From NCBI RefSeq assembly GCF_009914755.1, contig NC_060947.1: a DNA stretch of 64,000 nucleotides; one strand, 5' to 3'. The notes beneath the pieces were generated by a model. It ran no database searches. It was not told where the DNA came from and saw only the letters and a program-made list of their open reading frames with translations. The DNA is from the human T2T-CHM13v2.0 reference genome, Homo sapiens. Of this stretch, positions 1 through 13,824 are shown piece by piece. Made by a program: the position numbers and the translations under genes. The stretch's first letter is position 1. Each line of letters begins with the position of its first letter.

Positions 1-3000
1 AACTTCTTTGCGATGTGTGCATTCCACTCACAGAGTTGAACCTATCTTTTGATTGAGCAGTTTTGAATCTCTCTTTCTGGAGAATCTGCAAGTGGATATT
101 TGGAGAACTTTGTGGCCAATTTTGGGGAAGGAAATATCTTCACATAAAAACTACACAGAAGCATTCTGAGAAACATCTTTGTGATGTGTGTATTCAACCC
201 ATCGAATTCAACCTATATTTTGATTAAGCAGTTTTGAATCTCTCGTTTTGTAGAATCTACAAGTGGATATTTAGTGCCATTTGCTGCCTATTTTGGAAAA
301 GGAAATATCTTCACATAAAAACTACACAGAAGCATTCTGAGACATTTCTTTGTGATGTGTGCATTCCTCTCACAGAGTTGAACCTCTCTTTTGTTTGAGC
401 AGTTTTGAAACACACTTTAGGTAGAATCTGCAAGTAGATATTTGGAGCACTTTGGGGCCTATTGTGGAAATGGAAATATCTTCACATATAAACTACACAG
501 AAGCATTCTGAGAAACTTCTTTGTGATTTGTGCATTCAACTCACAGAGTTGAACCTTTCTTTTGATGGAGCAGTTTTGAAACTGACTTTATGGAAAATCT
601 GCAAGTGGATATTTGGAGCACTTTGAGGCCTATGTTGGAAAAGGAAATATCTTCACATAAAAACTACACAGAAGCATTCTGAGTAACTTCTTTTTGATGT
701 GTGGATTCCCCTCACAGAATTGAACCTTTCTTTAGATTGAGCAGTTTAGAATCACTCTTTTTATAGAATCTACAAGTGGATATTTGGAGCACTTTGAGGC
801 CTACTGTGGAAAAGGAAATATCTTGCCATAAAAACTGCACTGAAGCTTTCTGAGAAACTTCTCTGGGATGTGTGCATTCAACTCATAGGGTTCAAACTTT
901 TTTTGATTGAGCAGTTTGGAAACACTTTTTTTGTAGAATCTGCAAGTGTATAATTGGAGCACTTTGAGGCCTATGGTGGAAAAGGAAATATCTTCACATA
1001 ACTACACAGAAGCATTCTGAGAAACTTCTTTGCAATCTGTGCATTCGTCTCACAGAGTTGAACCTTTCTTTTAATGAGCAGTTTGGAAACACTGTTTTTG
1101 CAGAATCTGTAAGTGGATATTTGGAGCACTTTGAGGTCTATTGTGGAAAAGGAAAGATCTTCACATAAAATCTACACAGAAGCATTCAGAGAAACTTCTT
1201 TCAGTTGTGTGCATATATTTGACAGAGTTGAACCCATATTTTGACTGAGCAGTTTTGAAACCCACTTTTTGTAGAATCGGCAAGTGGATATTTAGAGCCC
1301 TTTGCAGCCTATGGTTTAAAAGTTAATATCTTCACATAAAAACTACACAGAAACATTGTGAGAAACATATTTGTGATATGTATATTCAAATCATAGAATA
1401 GGACCTATCTATCTTTTTATTGAGCAGTTTTGAATCTGTCATTTTGTAGAATCTCCAAGTGGATATTAAGAGCCCTTTGCGGCCTATTTTGGAAAAGGAA
1501 ATATCTTCACATAAAAACTACCCGGAAGCATTCTGAGAAACTTCTTTGTGATTTTTGCACTCATCTCACAGAGTTGAACCTTTCTTTTGTTTGAGCATTT
1601 TTGAAACCCTCATTTTGTAGAATCTGCAAGTGGATATTTGGAGTGCTTTGGGACCTACTGTGGAAAAGGATATACCTTGACATAAAAACTACACTGAAGC
1701 ATTCTGAGAAACTTCTTTGAGATGTGTTCATTCATCTCACAGAGTTGAAGATTTCTTTTGATGGAGCAGTTTTGAAATAATCTTTTTTTTAAATTTTTTT
1801 TATAATACTTTTAGGGTACATGTGCACATTGTGCAGGTTAGTTACATATGTATACATGTGCCATGCTGGTGCGCTGCACCCACTAACTCATCATCTAGCA
1901 GTAGGTATATCTCCCAATGCTATCCCTTCCCCCTTTCCCCACCCCAGAAAAGTCCCCAGAGTGTGATATTCCCCTTCCTGTGTCCAAAATGATGAGTTCA
2001 TGTCCTTTGTAGGGACATGGATGAAATTGGAAATCATCATTCTCAGTAAACTATCGCAAGAACAAAAAACCAAACACCGCATATTCTCACTCGTAGGTGG
2101 GAAGTGAACAATGAAATAATATTTTTGTAGAATCTGCAAGTAGATATTTGGAGCGCTCTGAGGCCTGTTGTGGAAAACGAAATATCTTCACATAAAAACT
2201 ACATGGAAGCATTCTGAGAAACTTCTTTGGGATGTGTGCATTCATCTCATAGATTTGAAACTTGGTTTTGAGTAATCAGTTTGGAAACAATCTTTTTGTA
2301 GAATCTGCAGTGGATGTTTAGAGTGCTTTGAGGCCTTTGGTGGAAAAGGAAATATCTTCACATAAAAACTACACAGAAGCATTCTAAGAAACTCCTTTGT
2401 GATGTGTGCATTCAACTCACAGAGTTGAATCTATCTTTTGATAGAGCAGTTTTGAAACTCTCTTTTTATAGAATCTGCAAGTGCATATTTAGAGCCCTTT
2501 GCTACCTATGGTGGAAAAGGAAATGTCTTCACATAAAAACTACAAAGAAGCATTCTGAGAAACTACTTTGTGATGAGTGTATTCAACTCATAGAATTGAA
2601 CGTATCTTTAGATTGAGCAGTTTTGAATCTCTCATTTTGTAGAATTCGCAAGTGGATATTTGGAGCAATTTGTGGACTATTCTGGAAAAGGAAATGTCTT
2701 CATATAAAAACTACCCAGAGGCATTTTGAGAAACTTTTTTGTGATGTGTGCATTCATTCCACAGAGTTCAACCTTTCTTTAATTTGGGCAGTTTTGAAAC
2801 ACTCTTTGTGTAGAATCTGCAAGTTGATATTTGGAGTGGTTTGTGGCCTACTGTGGAAAAGGAAATATCGTCACATAAAAACTTCACAAAAGCATTCTGA
2901 GAAACTACTTCGTGATGTGTGCATTCATCTCACAGAGTTGAACACTTATTTTGATGGAGCAGTTTTGAAACACTTTTTTGTAGAGACTGCAAGTGGATAT

Positions 3001-3050
3001 CTGCAGCCTTTTGCAGCCTATGGTGTTAGGAAATATCTTCACATAAAAAC
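1..3050 (+). repeat. A-type-only monomeric alpha-satellite layer (SF4/M1-like), left flank
   Basis: Monomers carry TCTGAGAAAC, ACTACACAG and frequent TTTGATTGAGC, and have no CENP-B box. The sequence switches to TCTCAGAA/ACTAGACAG at ~3050-3070. The family label is inferred from these diagnostic positions. Confidence 0.65.
1788..2111 (-). mobile_element. 5'-truncated L1 (L1PA2/L1PA3-like) 3' end with 5' inversion (twin priming)
   Basis: A poly(T) tail and reverse-complement L1 3'UTR run to ~1986 (…ccccttcctgtgtcca). A forward-oriented L1 ORF2 end follows at ~1987-2114 (aaatgatgagttcatgtcc…gaacaatga). TSD TGAAATAAT[C/A]TTTTT at 1773-1787 and 2112-2126. It has the GAG-type 3'UTR diagnostic, not the L1HS ACA. 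Confidence 0.95.
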
Positions 3051-6000
3051 TAGATGGAAGCATTCTCAGAATTTCCTTTGAGATGTGTGCATTTATCTCA
3101 TAGAGTTGAAGCTTTCTTTTGATAGAGTAGTTTTGAAACACTCTTTTTGTAGAATTTGCAAGTGGATATTTGAAGTGCCTTCAGGCCTATGGTGGAAAAG
3201 GAAATATCATCACATAAAAACTAGACAGAAGCATTCTCAGAAACTTCTGTGTGAGGTGTGCATTCAACACACAGAGTTGCACATTTCTTTTGGTAGAGCA
3301 GTTTTGAAAGACTGTCTTTGTAGAATCTGCAAGTGGATATTTCTAGGGCTTTGAGGCCAAGAGTGGAAAAGGAAATATCATCACATAAAAATTAGACAGA
3401 AGCATTCTCAGAAACTTCTTTGTGATGAGTGCATTCAACACACAGAGTTGAACCTTTCTTTTGATAGAGTAGTTTTGAAACACTCTTTTTGTAGAATCTG
3501 CAAGCAGATATTTGGAGCACTTTGTGGGCCATGGTGGATAAGGAAATATCTTCACATAAAAACAAGACAGAAGGATTTTCAGGAACTTCTTTGTGATGTG
3601 TACATTCAACTCACAGAGCTGAACCTTTCTTTTGATAGAGCAGTTTTGAAACACTATTTTTGTGGAATCTGCAAGTGGCTACTTGGAGAGATTTGGGGCT
3701 TTTGGTGGAAAAGGAAATATCTTCACATAAAAACTAGACAGAAGCATTGTCAGAAACTCCTTTGTGATATGTGCATTCAACTCATGGAGGTGAAATTTTC
3801 TTTTGATAGAGCAGCTTTGAAACACACTTTTTCTAGAATCTCCAAGCAGATATTTCCAGCGCTTTGAGGCCAGTTGTGGAAAAGGAAATATCCTCAAGTA
3901 AAAACTAGAATGAAGCATTCTCAGAAACTTCTTTGTGATGTGTGCATTCAACACACAGAGTTGAACCTTTCTTTTGCTAGAGCAGTTTTGAAACACTCTT
4001 TTTGCAGAATCAGCAAGTGGATATTTGCAGTAGGTTGAGGCCTATATTGGAAAAGGGAATATCTTCACATAAAAACTGGACACAAGTATTATCAGAAACA
4101 TCTTTGTGATGTGTGCATTCAACTTACATAGTTGAACATTTGTTTTGATAGAGCAGTTTTGAAGCACTGTTTTTGTAGAATCTGCAAGTGCATATTTGAA
4201 GTGCTTTGAGGCCTACGGTGGAAAAGGAAATATCTTCACATGAAAACTAGACAGAAGCCTTCTCAGAAACTTCTTTGTGATGTGTGTTTTCAACGCACAG
4301 AGTTGAACCTGTCTTTTGAAAGAGTAGTTTTGAGACACACTTTTTGTAGAATCTGCAAGTAGATATTTGGAGCGCTTTGAGGCCTATGGTTTAAAAGGAA
4401 ATATCTTCACATAAAAACTAGACAGAATCATTCTCAGAAACTAATTTGTGATGTGTGCATTCAACTAACAGATTTGAACCTATCTTTTCATAGAGCAGTT
4501 TTGAGAGCCTCTATTTGTAGACTCTGCAAGTGGATATTTTTAGCACTTTGAAGCCAATGGCAGAAAAGGAAATATCTTCACATAAAAACTAGACATAAGC
4601 CTTCTCAGAAATTTCTTTGTGATGTGTGCATTCAACACTCAGAGTCCAACCTGTCTTTTGATTGAGGAGTTCTAAAACCCTCTTTTTGTAGAATCTGCAA
4701 GTGGATATTTGGGGTGATTTGAGGCCTGTGGTGGAAAAGGAAATATCTTCACCTAAAAACTAGACAGAAGCATTCTCGGAAACATCTTTGTGATGTGTGC
4801 ACTCAACTCACAGAGTTGAACCTTTCCTTTGATAGAACAGTTTTGAGACACACCTTTTGCAGAATCTTCAAGTGGCCTCTTACAGCACTTTGAGGCCTAT
4901 GGTGGAAAAGGATATATCTTCACCTAAAAACTAGACAGAAGCATTCTCAGAAACTTCTCTGGATGTCTGCATAAAACTCACAAAGCTGAACGTTTCTTTT
5001 GATTGAGCGGTTTTGAAACTCTCTTTCTGTAGAATCTGCAAGTGGATATTTGGTGCGCTTTGAGGCCTATGCTGGAAAGGAAATATCTTCACATAAAATC
5101 TAGACAGAAACATTCTCAGAAACTTCTTTCTGTTGAGTGAATTCAACTCACAGAGTTGAAACTTTCTTTTGATTGAGCAGTTTTGAAACACTCTGTTTGT
5201 AGAATCTGCAGGTGGATATTTGGAGCGTTTTGAGGCCTTTGGTGGAAAAGGAAATATCTTCACATAAAAGCTAGACAGAAGCATTCTCAGAAATTTTTGA
5301 GATGTGTGCATTCAACTCACAGAGTTGAACCTTTCTTTTGATTGGGCAGTTTTGAAACACTCTTTTTGTAGAATCTGCAAGTGGATATTTGGAGCGCTTT
5401 TATGCCTACGTTAGAAAAGGAAATATCTTCACAGAAAACCTGGACAGAAGCATTCTCAGAAACTTCTTCGTGATGTGTGCCTTCAACTCACAAAGTTGAA
5501 ACTTCCTTTTGATTGAGCGGTTTTGAAATACTCTTTTTGTCGAACTTGTAAGTGGATATTTGAAGCGCTATGAGGCCTATGGTGGAAAAGGTATATTTTC
5601 ACATAAAAACTAGACAGAAGCATTCTCAGAAACTATTTTGTGATGTGTGCATTCAACTCACAGAGTTGAACCTTTCCTTTGATTGAGCACTTTTGAATCA
5701 CTATTTTTGTAGAATCTGGAAGTGGATAATTGGAGTGCTTTGAGGACTGTGGTGGAAAAAGAAATATCTTCCTATAAAAACTAGACAGAGGAATTCTCAG
5801 AAACTTCTTTGTGATGTGCGAATTCAACTCACAGAGTTCAACTTTATTGTGATAGAGCATTTGGAAACACTCTTTTGGTAAAATCTCAGGTTCAACTCAC
5901 AGTTGAACCTTTCCTTGGAGCAGTTTTGAAACACTCTTTTTGTTGAATCTGCAAGTGGATATTTGGAGCACTTTGAGGCATATGGTGGAAAGGGGAATAT

Positions 6001-6100
6001 CTTCACAAAATAACTAGACAGAAGCATTCTCAGAAACATCTTTGTGATGTGTGCATTAAACTCAGAGAATTGAACCTTCCTTTTGATAGAGCAGTTCTGA
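3051..6100 (+). repeat. Transitional A-type (R2-like) monomers without CENP-B boxes
   Basis: TCTCAGAAAC/ACTAGACAG monomers with pJalpha-type boxes (CTATGGTGGAAAAGGAA) and no TTCG…CGGG motif. Confidence 0.55.
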
Positions 6101-6321
6101 AACACTGTTTTTGTAGAATCTGGAAGTGGACGTTTGGAGTGCTTTGAGGCCTATGGTAGAAAAGGAAATATCTTCATATAAAAACGAGACAGAAGAATTC
6201 TCAGAAAATACTTTGTGATGTTTGCATTCAACTCACAGCGTTGAACATACCTTTTTATGGAGTAGTTTTGAAACACTCTTTTTGTAGAATCTGCAAGTGT
6301 ATATTTGGAGCGATTTGAGGC

Positions 6322-6338
6322 CTTCGTTGTAAACGGGA
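6322..6338 (+). promoter_or_regulatory. CENP-B box (intact)
   Basis: CTTCGTTGTAAACGGGA fits nTTCGnnnnAnnCGGGn. Confidence 0.9.
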
Positions 6339-6492
6339 ATATCTTCACATAAAAACTAGACAAAAGCATTCTCAGAAACTTCTTTGTGATGTGTGCATTC
6401 AACTCATAGAATTGAACCTTCCTTCTGATAGAGCAGTTTTGAAACACTCTTTTTATAGAAACTTCAAGTGGATATTTGGAGCGCTTTGAGGC

Positions 6493-6509
6493 CTTCGGTG
6501 GAAACGGGA
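6493..6509 (+). promoter_or_regulatory. CENP-B box (intact)
   Basis: CTTCGGTGGAAACGGGA. Confidence 0.9.
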
Positions 6510-7350
6510 ATGACTTCACATAAAAACTAGACAGAAGCCGTCTCAGAAACTTCTTTGTAATGTGTGCATTCAACACACAGAGTTGTGCCTTTCTTTTGAT
6601 AGAGCAGTTTTGAGACACTCTTTTTGTAGGATCTGCAATTGGAAAGATGGAGAGCTTTGAGGCCTGTGGTGGAAAACAAATTATCATCTTCATACAAAAA
6701 CTAGACAGAAGCATTCTCAGAAACTTCTTTGTGATGTGTGCATTCAACTCACAGAGATGAACCTTCCTTTTTACATAGCTGTTTTGAAACACTCTTTTTG
6801 TAGAATCTTCAAGTGGATATTTGGAGCCATTTGATTCCTAGGCTGAAAAAGGGAATATCTTAACATAAAAACTAGACAAAAGCATTCTCAGAAACTTCTT
6901 TGTGATGTGTGCATTCAACTCAGAGAGCTGAACCTTCCTTTTGATAGAGCAGTTTTCAAACACTCTTTTTGTAGAATCTGCAAGTGGATAATTGGAGTCC
7001 TTTGATTCCTTCGGTGAAAAAGGGAAGATCTTCACGTAAATACTGGACGGAAGCATTCTCAGAAACTTCTTTGTGATGTGTGCATTCAACTCACAGAGCT
7101 GAACCTTTCTTTGGATAGAGCAGTTTTGAAACACTCTTTTTGTAGAATCTGCAAGTGGACATTTGGAGCGCTTTGAGGCCTGTGGTGGAAAAGGAAATAT
7201 CTTCATATGAAAACTAGACAGAAGCATTCTCAGAAACAACTTTGTGATGTTTGCATTCAACTCATAGAGTAGAACATTCCTTTTGATAGAGCAGCTTTGA
7301 AACACTCCCTTTGTAGAATCTGCAAGTGGATATTTGGACCGCTTTGTGGC

Positions 7351-7367
7351 CTTCGGTGGAAACGGGA
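7351..7367 (+). promoter_or_regulatory. CENP-B box (intact)
   Basis: CTTCGGTGGAAACGGGA. Confidence 0.9.
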
Positions 7368-7564
7368 ATATCGTCACGTAAAAACTAGACAGAAGTATTA
7401 TCAGAAACTTCTTTGTGATGCATGCATTCAACTCAGAGGGTTGAAACTTCCTTTTGATAGAGCAGTTTTGAAACAATCTTTTTGTAGAATCTGCAACTGG
7501 ATATTTGGAGCGGTTTGAGGCCTATGGTAGGAAAGGAAAAGTCTTCATATAAAAACTGGACAGA

Positions 7565-7885
<321 letters not shown>

Positions 7886-8341
7886 TTATTTGTGACTTGT
7901 GCATTCAACTCACAGGGTTGGACCTTTCTTTTGATAAAGCAGTTTTGAAAACATTCTTTTTTTAGGATCTGCAAGTGGACATTTAGAGCGCTTTGATGTG
8001 TATGGTGAAAAATGAAATATCTTCACATAAAAACTAGACACAGGTATTCTCAATAACTCCTTTGTGATGTTAGCATTCAACTCATAGTGTTGAACATTCC
8101 TTTTGATAGAGCAGTTTTGAAACACTCTTTTTGTAGAATCTGCAAGTGGACATTTGGAGCACTTTGAGGCTTGTGGTGGAAAAAGAGATATCTTCATATA
8201 AAAACTAGTCAGAAGCTTTATCAAAAACTCCTTTGTGATGTGTGCATTCAACGCACAGATTTGAACATTCCTTTTTATAAAGTAGTTTTGAAACACTATT
8301 TTTGTAGAATCTGCAAGTGGATATTTGGAGCGCTTTGAGGC

Positions 8342-8358
8342 CTTCGGTGGAAACGGGA
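8342..8358 (+). promoter_or_regulatory. CENP-B box (intact)
   Basis: CTTCGGTGGAAACGGGA. Confidence 0.9.
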
Positions 8359-10219
8359 ATATCTTCATATAAAAACTAGACAGAAGTATTCTCAGAAACT
8401 CCTTTGTGATGTGTGCATTCAACTTAGAGAGTTGCACATTCCTCCTGATAGAGCAGCTTTGAAACACTCTTGTAGAATCTGCAAGTGGATATTTGGAGCA
8501 CTTTGAGGCCTTCTGTGGAAACGGGAATATCTTCACATAAAAACTAGACAGAAGCATTCTCAGAAACTTCTTTGTGATGTGTGCATTCAACTCACAGTGT
8601 TGAACCTTCCTTTTGACAGAGCAGTTTTGAAACACTCTTTTTGTAGAATCTGCATGTGGATATTTGGAGCGCCTTGAGGCCTTCGGTGGAAATGGGAATA
8701 TCTTCACATAAAAACTAGACAGAAGCATTCTCAGAAACTTCTTTCTGATGTGTGTATTCAAATCACAGATTTGAACCTTCCTTCTGATAGAGCAGTTATG
8801 AAACACTCTTTTTGTAGAATCTGTATTAGAACATTTGGAGTGCTTTGAGGCCTGTGGTGGAAAACGAAATATCTTCACATAAAAAGTAGACAGAAGCATT
8901 CTCAGAAACTTCTTTGTGATGTGTGCATTCAACTCAGAGAATTGAACCTTCGTTTTGATAGACCAGTTTTGAAACACTGTTTTTCTAGAATCTTGAAGTC
9001 GATATTTGGATCGCTTTGTGGTTTATGGTAGAAAAGGAAATATCTTCATATAAAAACTAGACGGAAGCATTCTCAGAAACTACTTTGTGATGTTTGCATT
9101 CAAATCACAGAGTTGAACATTCCTTTTGATAGAGCAGTTTTGAAACACTCTTTTTGTAGAATCTGCAAGTGGATATTTGTAGCTTTTTGAGGCCTATGGT
9201 GGAAACAGCAATATCTTCACCTAAAAACTAGACAGAAGCATTCTGAGAAACTTCTTTGTGATTCATGCATGGAACTCAGAGAGTTGAAACTTCCTTTTGA
9301 TTGAGCAGTTTTGAAATACGCTTTTTGTAGAATCTGCAACTGTATACTTGGAGTGCTTTGAGGCCTACAGTAGGAAAGGAAATATCTTAATATAAAAACT
9401 ACACAGAAGTATAATCAGAAACTACTTTGTGATGTCTGCATTCAACTCAGACTGTTGAACATTTCTTTTGATAGAGCACTTTTGAAACACTGTTTTTGTA
9501 GAATCTGCAAGTGGACGTTTAGAGCGCTTTGATGCCTATGGTGAAAAAGGAAATATCTTCACATAAAAGTTGGACAGAAGCATTCTCAGAAACTTCTTTT
9601 TGATGTGTGCATACAACTCACAGAGTTGAACATTGCTTCTGATAGAGCAATTTTGAAACCCTCTTTTTGTAAAATCTGCAAGTGAATATTTTGACCACTT
9701 TGAGGCCTTCATTTGAAACGGAAATATTTTCATATAAAAACTAGACAGAATCATTCTCAGAAACTTCTTCATGATGTTTGCAATCAACTCACAGAATTGA
9801 ATCTTCCTTTTGATAGAGCAGTTTTGAAACACTCTTTTTGTAGAATCGGCAAGCACATATTTTGAGCCCTTTGAGGCCTTCAGTGGAACAGGGAATACCT
9901 TCACATAAAAACTAGACAGAAGCATTCCCAGAAGCTTCTTTGTGCTGTGTGCATTCAACTCACGGAGATGAACCTTTCTTTTGATAGAGCAGTTTTGAAG
10001 CACTCTTTACGTAGAATATGCAAGTCGACATTTGGAGTGCTTTGAGGCATGTGGTAGAAAAGGAGATATCTTGATATAAAAACTAGACAGAAGCATTCTC
10101 AGAAACAACTTTGCGATGTTTGCATTCAACTCACAGAGTTGAACATTCCATTTGACAGAGCAGTTTTGTAACACTCTTTTTGTAGTATCTGCAAGTGGAT
10201 ATTTGGACTGCTTTGAGGT

Positions 10220-10236
10220 CTTCGGTGGAAACGGGA
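10220..10236 (+). promoter_or_regulatory. CENP-B box (intact)
   Basis: CTTCGGTGGAAACGGGA. Confidence 0.9.
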
Positions 10237-10390
10237 ATATCTTCACATGAAAACTAGACAGAAGCATTCTCAGAGACTTCATTCTGACTTTTGCATTCAA
10301 CTCACAGAGTTGAACCTTCCCACTGATAAAGCAGTTTTGAAACACTCTTTTTGTAGAATCTGCAAGTGGATATTTGGAGAGCTTTGAGGA

Positions 10391-10407
10391 CTTCGGTGTA
10401 AACGGGA
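10391..10407 (+). promoter_or_regulatory. CENP-B box (intact)
   Basis: CTTCGGTGTAAACGGGA. Confidence 0.88.
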
Positions 10408-10902
10408 ATATCTTCACATACAAACTAGTCAGAAGAATTCTCAGAAAATACTTTGTGATGTGTGCATTCAACTCACAAGTTGAACATTCCTTTTTATAGA
10501 GCAGTTTTGAAACACTCTTATTGTAGAATCTGCAAGAGGATCATTGGAACTCTTTGAGGCCTATGGTAGAAAAGGAAATATCTTCATATAAAAACTACAC
10601 AGAAGCTTTCTCAGAAACTTCTTTGTGATGGCTGCATACAACTCACAGAATCGAACCATTCTTTTAGCAGAGCCGTTTTGAAACACTCTTTTTGTAGAAT
10701 CTGCAAGTGGACATTTGGTGTGCATTGAGGCCTGCGGTGGAAAAGGAGATATCATCACATAAAAACTAGACAGAAGCATTCTCAGAAACTACTTTGGGAT
10801 GTTTGCGTTCAACTCACAGTGTTGAACATTGCTTTTCATAGATCAGTTTTGAAACACTCTTTTTGTAGAATCTGCAAGTGGATATTGGGACTGCTTTGAG
10901 GA

Positions 10903-10919
10903 CTTCGGTGGAAACGGGA
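10903..10919 (+). promoter_or_regulatory. CENP-B box (intact)
   Basis: CTTCGGTGGAAACGGGA. Confidence 0.9.
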
Positions 10920-13807
10920 ATCTCTTCACATAAAAACTAGACAGAAGCATTCTCAGAAACTTCTTTGTGATGTGTGCATTCAACTCACAGAGTTGAATGT
11001 TCCTTTTGATAGAACAGTTTTGAAACACTTTTTTTGTAGAATCTGCAAGTTGATATTTGTAGAGCTTTAAGGCCTTCAGTGGAAACGGGAATCTCTTCAG
11101 ATAAAAACTAGACCGAAGCATTCTGAGAAATTTCTTTGTGATGTATGTATACAATTCACCGAGTTGAACATTTCTTTTAATAGAGAGGTTTTGAAACACT
11201 GTTTTTGTAGAATCTGTAAGTGGACATTTGGAGCTCTTTGAGGCCTGTGGTGGAAAAGGAAATATATTCACATAAAAACTAGACAGAAGCATTCTCAGAA
11301 ACTTCTTTGTGATGTGTGCATTCAACTCAGTGAATTGAACCTTCCTTTTAATAGAGCAGTTTTGAAACAGTGTTTTTGTAGAAGCTGGAAATAGATATTT
11401 GAGCCCTTTGAGGCCTATGGTAGAAAAGGAAATATCTTCATATAAAAACTAGACAGAAGGATTCTCAGGAACTACATTGTGATGTTAGCATTCAACTCAT
11501 AGTGTTGAACATTCCTTTTGATAGAGCAGTTTTGAAACATGCTTTTTGTAGAATCTGCAACTGTATAATACGAGCGCTTTGAGGCCTATACTAGAAAAGG
11601 AAATATCTTCATATAAAAACTAGACAGAAGCATTCCCAGAAACTACTTTCCGATGTGTGTATTCAACTCACAGAGGTGAACATTTCCTTTTATAGAGCAG
11701 TTTTGAAACACTGTTTTTGTAGAATCTGCAAGAGGACATTTAGAGCACTTTGATGCCTATGGTGAAAAAGGAAATATCTTCACATAAAAACTAGACAGAA
11801 GCATTCTCAGAAACATCTTTCTGATGTCTGCATTCATCTCACAGAGTTGAACCTTCCTTTTCATAGAGCAGTTTTGAAACACACTTTATAGAGTCTGCAT
11901 GTGGATATTTGGAGCGCTTTGAGGCCTACGGTGGAAACGGGAATATCTTCCCATAAAACCTACACAGAAGTATTCTCAGAAACTTCTTTGCATTGTGTGC
12001 ATTGAACTCCGAGATATGAACCTTCCTTTTGATACAGCAGCTTTGAAACACACTTTTAGTAGAATCTGCAAGTGGATATTTGGAGCTCTTTGAGGCCTAA
12101 GGTAAAAAAGGGAATATCTTCATATAACAACTAGACAAAAGCATTCTAAGAAACTACTCTGTGATGTCTGCATTAAACTCACAGTGTTGAAACTTTCTTT
12201 TGATAGAGCAGTTTTGAAACACTCTTTTTGTAGAATCTGTATGTGGACATTTGGAGCTCTTTGATGCCCATGGTGAAAAAGGAAATATCTTCCCATAAAA
12301 ACCACACAGAAGCATTCTCAAAAGCTTCTTTGTGTTGTGTGCATTGAATTCAGATTGTTGAACCTTCCTTTTGATAGAGCTGTTTTGAAACACTCTTTTT
12401 GTAGAGTCTGCAAGTGCATATTTGGAGCACTTTGAGGCCTTCAATGCAAACGGGAATATCTTCACATAAAAACTAGACACAAGCATTCTCAGAAACTTCT
12501 TTGTGATGTGTGCATTGACCTCAGAGTGTTGAACCTTCCTATCAATACAGCAGTTTTGAAACACTCTTTTTGTAGAATCTGCAAGTGGATATTTGGAGTC
12601 CTTTGACGCCTATGGTAGAAAAGGAAATGTCTTCATATAAAAACAAGACAGAATCATTCTGAGAAACTTCTTTGTGATGCCTGCATTCAACTCACAGAGT
12701 TGAACCTTCCTTTTGATAGAGCAGTTTTGAAACACTCTTTTTGTAGAATCTGCAACTGGATATTTGATGCGCTTGTAGGCCTATGGTAGGAAATGATATA
12801 TCTTCATATAAAACTAGAAAGAAGCATTCTCAGAAACTAGTTTGTGACGTGTGCATTGAATTCACAGAGTTGAACATTTCTTTCAATAGAGCAGTTTTGA
12901 AACACTCTTTTGGTAGAATCTGCAAGTGGATATTTAGAGCGCTTTCATGCCTACGGTGAAAAAGGAAATATCTTCACATAAAAACTGGACAGAAGCATTC
13001 CCAGAAACTTCTTTGTGATGTGTGCATTGAACTCAGAGTGTTCAACCTTCCTTTTGATAGAGCAGTTTTGAAACACTCTTTTTATAGAATCTGCAAGTGG
13101 ATATTTGGAGCGCTTTGAGGCCTTCTGTGGAAACGGGAATATCTTTACATAAAAACAACACACAATCATTCTCAGAAACTTCTTTGTGATGTGTGCATTG
13201 AACTCAGAGAGTTGAACCTTTCTTTTGATAGAGCAGTTTTGAAACACTCTTTTGGTAGAATCCGCAAGTGGATATTTGGAGCGCTTTGAGGCCTATGGTA
13301 GAAAAGGATTTATCTTCATTAAAAAAAATTGACAGAAGCATTCTCAGAAACTTCTTTGTGATGCCTGCATTCAACCCACAGAGTTGAAACTTTCTTTTGA
13401 TAGAGCAATTTTTGAAACACTCTTTTTGTATAATCCGCAAGTGAACATTTGGAGAGCTTTGATGCCTATGTTGAAAAAGGAAATATCTTCACATAAAAAC
13501 TAGACAGATGCATTCTCAGATACTTCTCTGTGATGTGTGCATTCAACTGACAGAGTTGAACATTTCTTTTGATAGAGCAGTTTTGAAACACTCTTTTTGT
13601 AGAATCTGCAAATGGACATTTGGAGCACTTTGAGGCCTATGTTGAAAAAGGAAATACCTTTACATAAAAACTAGACAGAAGCCTTCTCAGAAACTACTTT
13701 GTGATGTTTGCATTCAACTCACAGAGTTGAACATTCCTTTTGATAGAACAGTTTTGAAATACTCTTTTTGTAGAATCTGCAAGTGGATATTTGGAGCACT
13801 TTGAGGC

Positions 13808-13824
13808 CTTCGGTGGAAACGGGA
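13808..13824 (+). promoter_or_regulatory. CENP-B box (intact)
   Basis: CTTCGGTGGAAACGGGA, in copy 1 of the trimer. Confidence 0.9.

Noticed and set aside
1891-2139. 82-aa ORF (and the similar 133-aa ORF at 55912-56313)
   Set aside because: Translations of L1 3'-end/3'UTR sequence in non-coding frames.
7910-8977. 355-aa minus-strand ORF and the many similar 'MLLSSFYVKIFPFPP…' / 'CRICKWIFG…' ORFs across the window
   Set aside because: The 171-bp period equals 57 codons and the consensus is nearly stop-free in some frames, so repetitive ORFs arise automatically. There is no promoter, splicing or domain evidence, and the CxxC/H patterns are not real zinc fingers.
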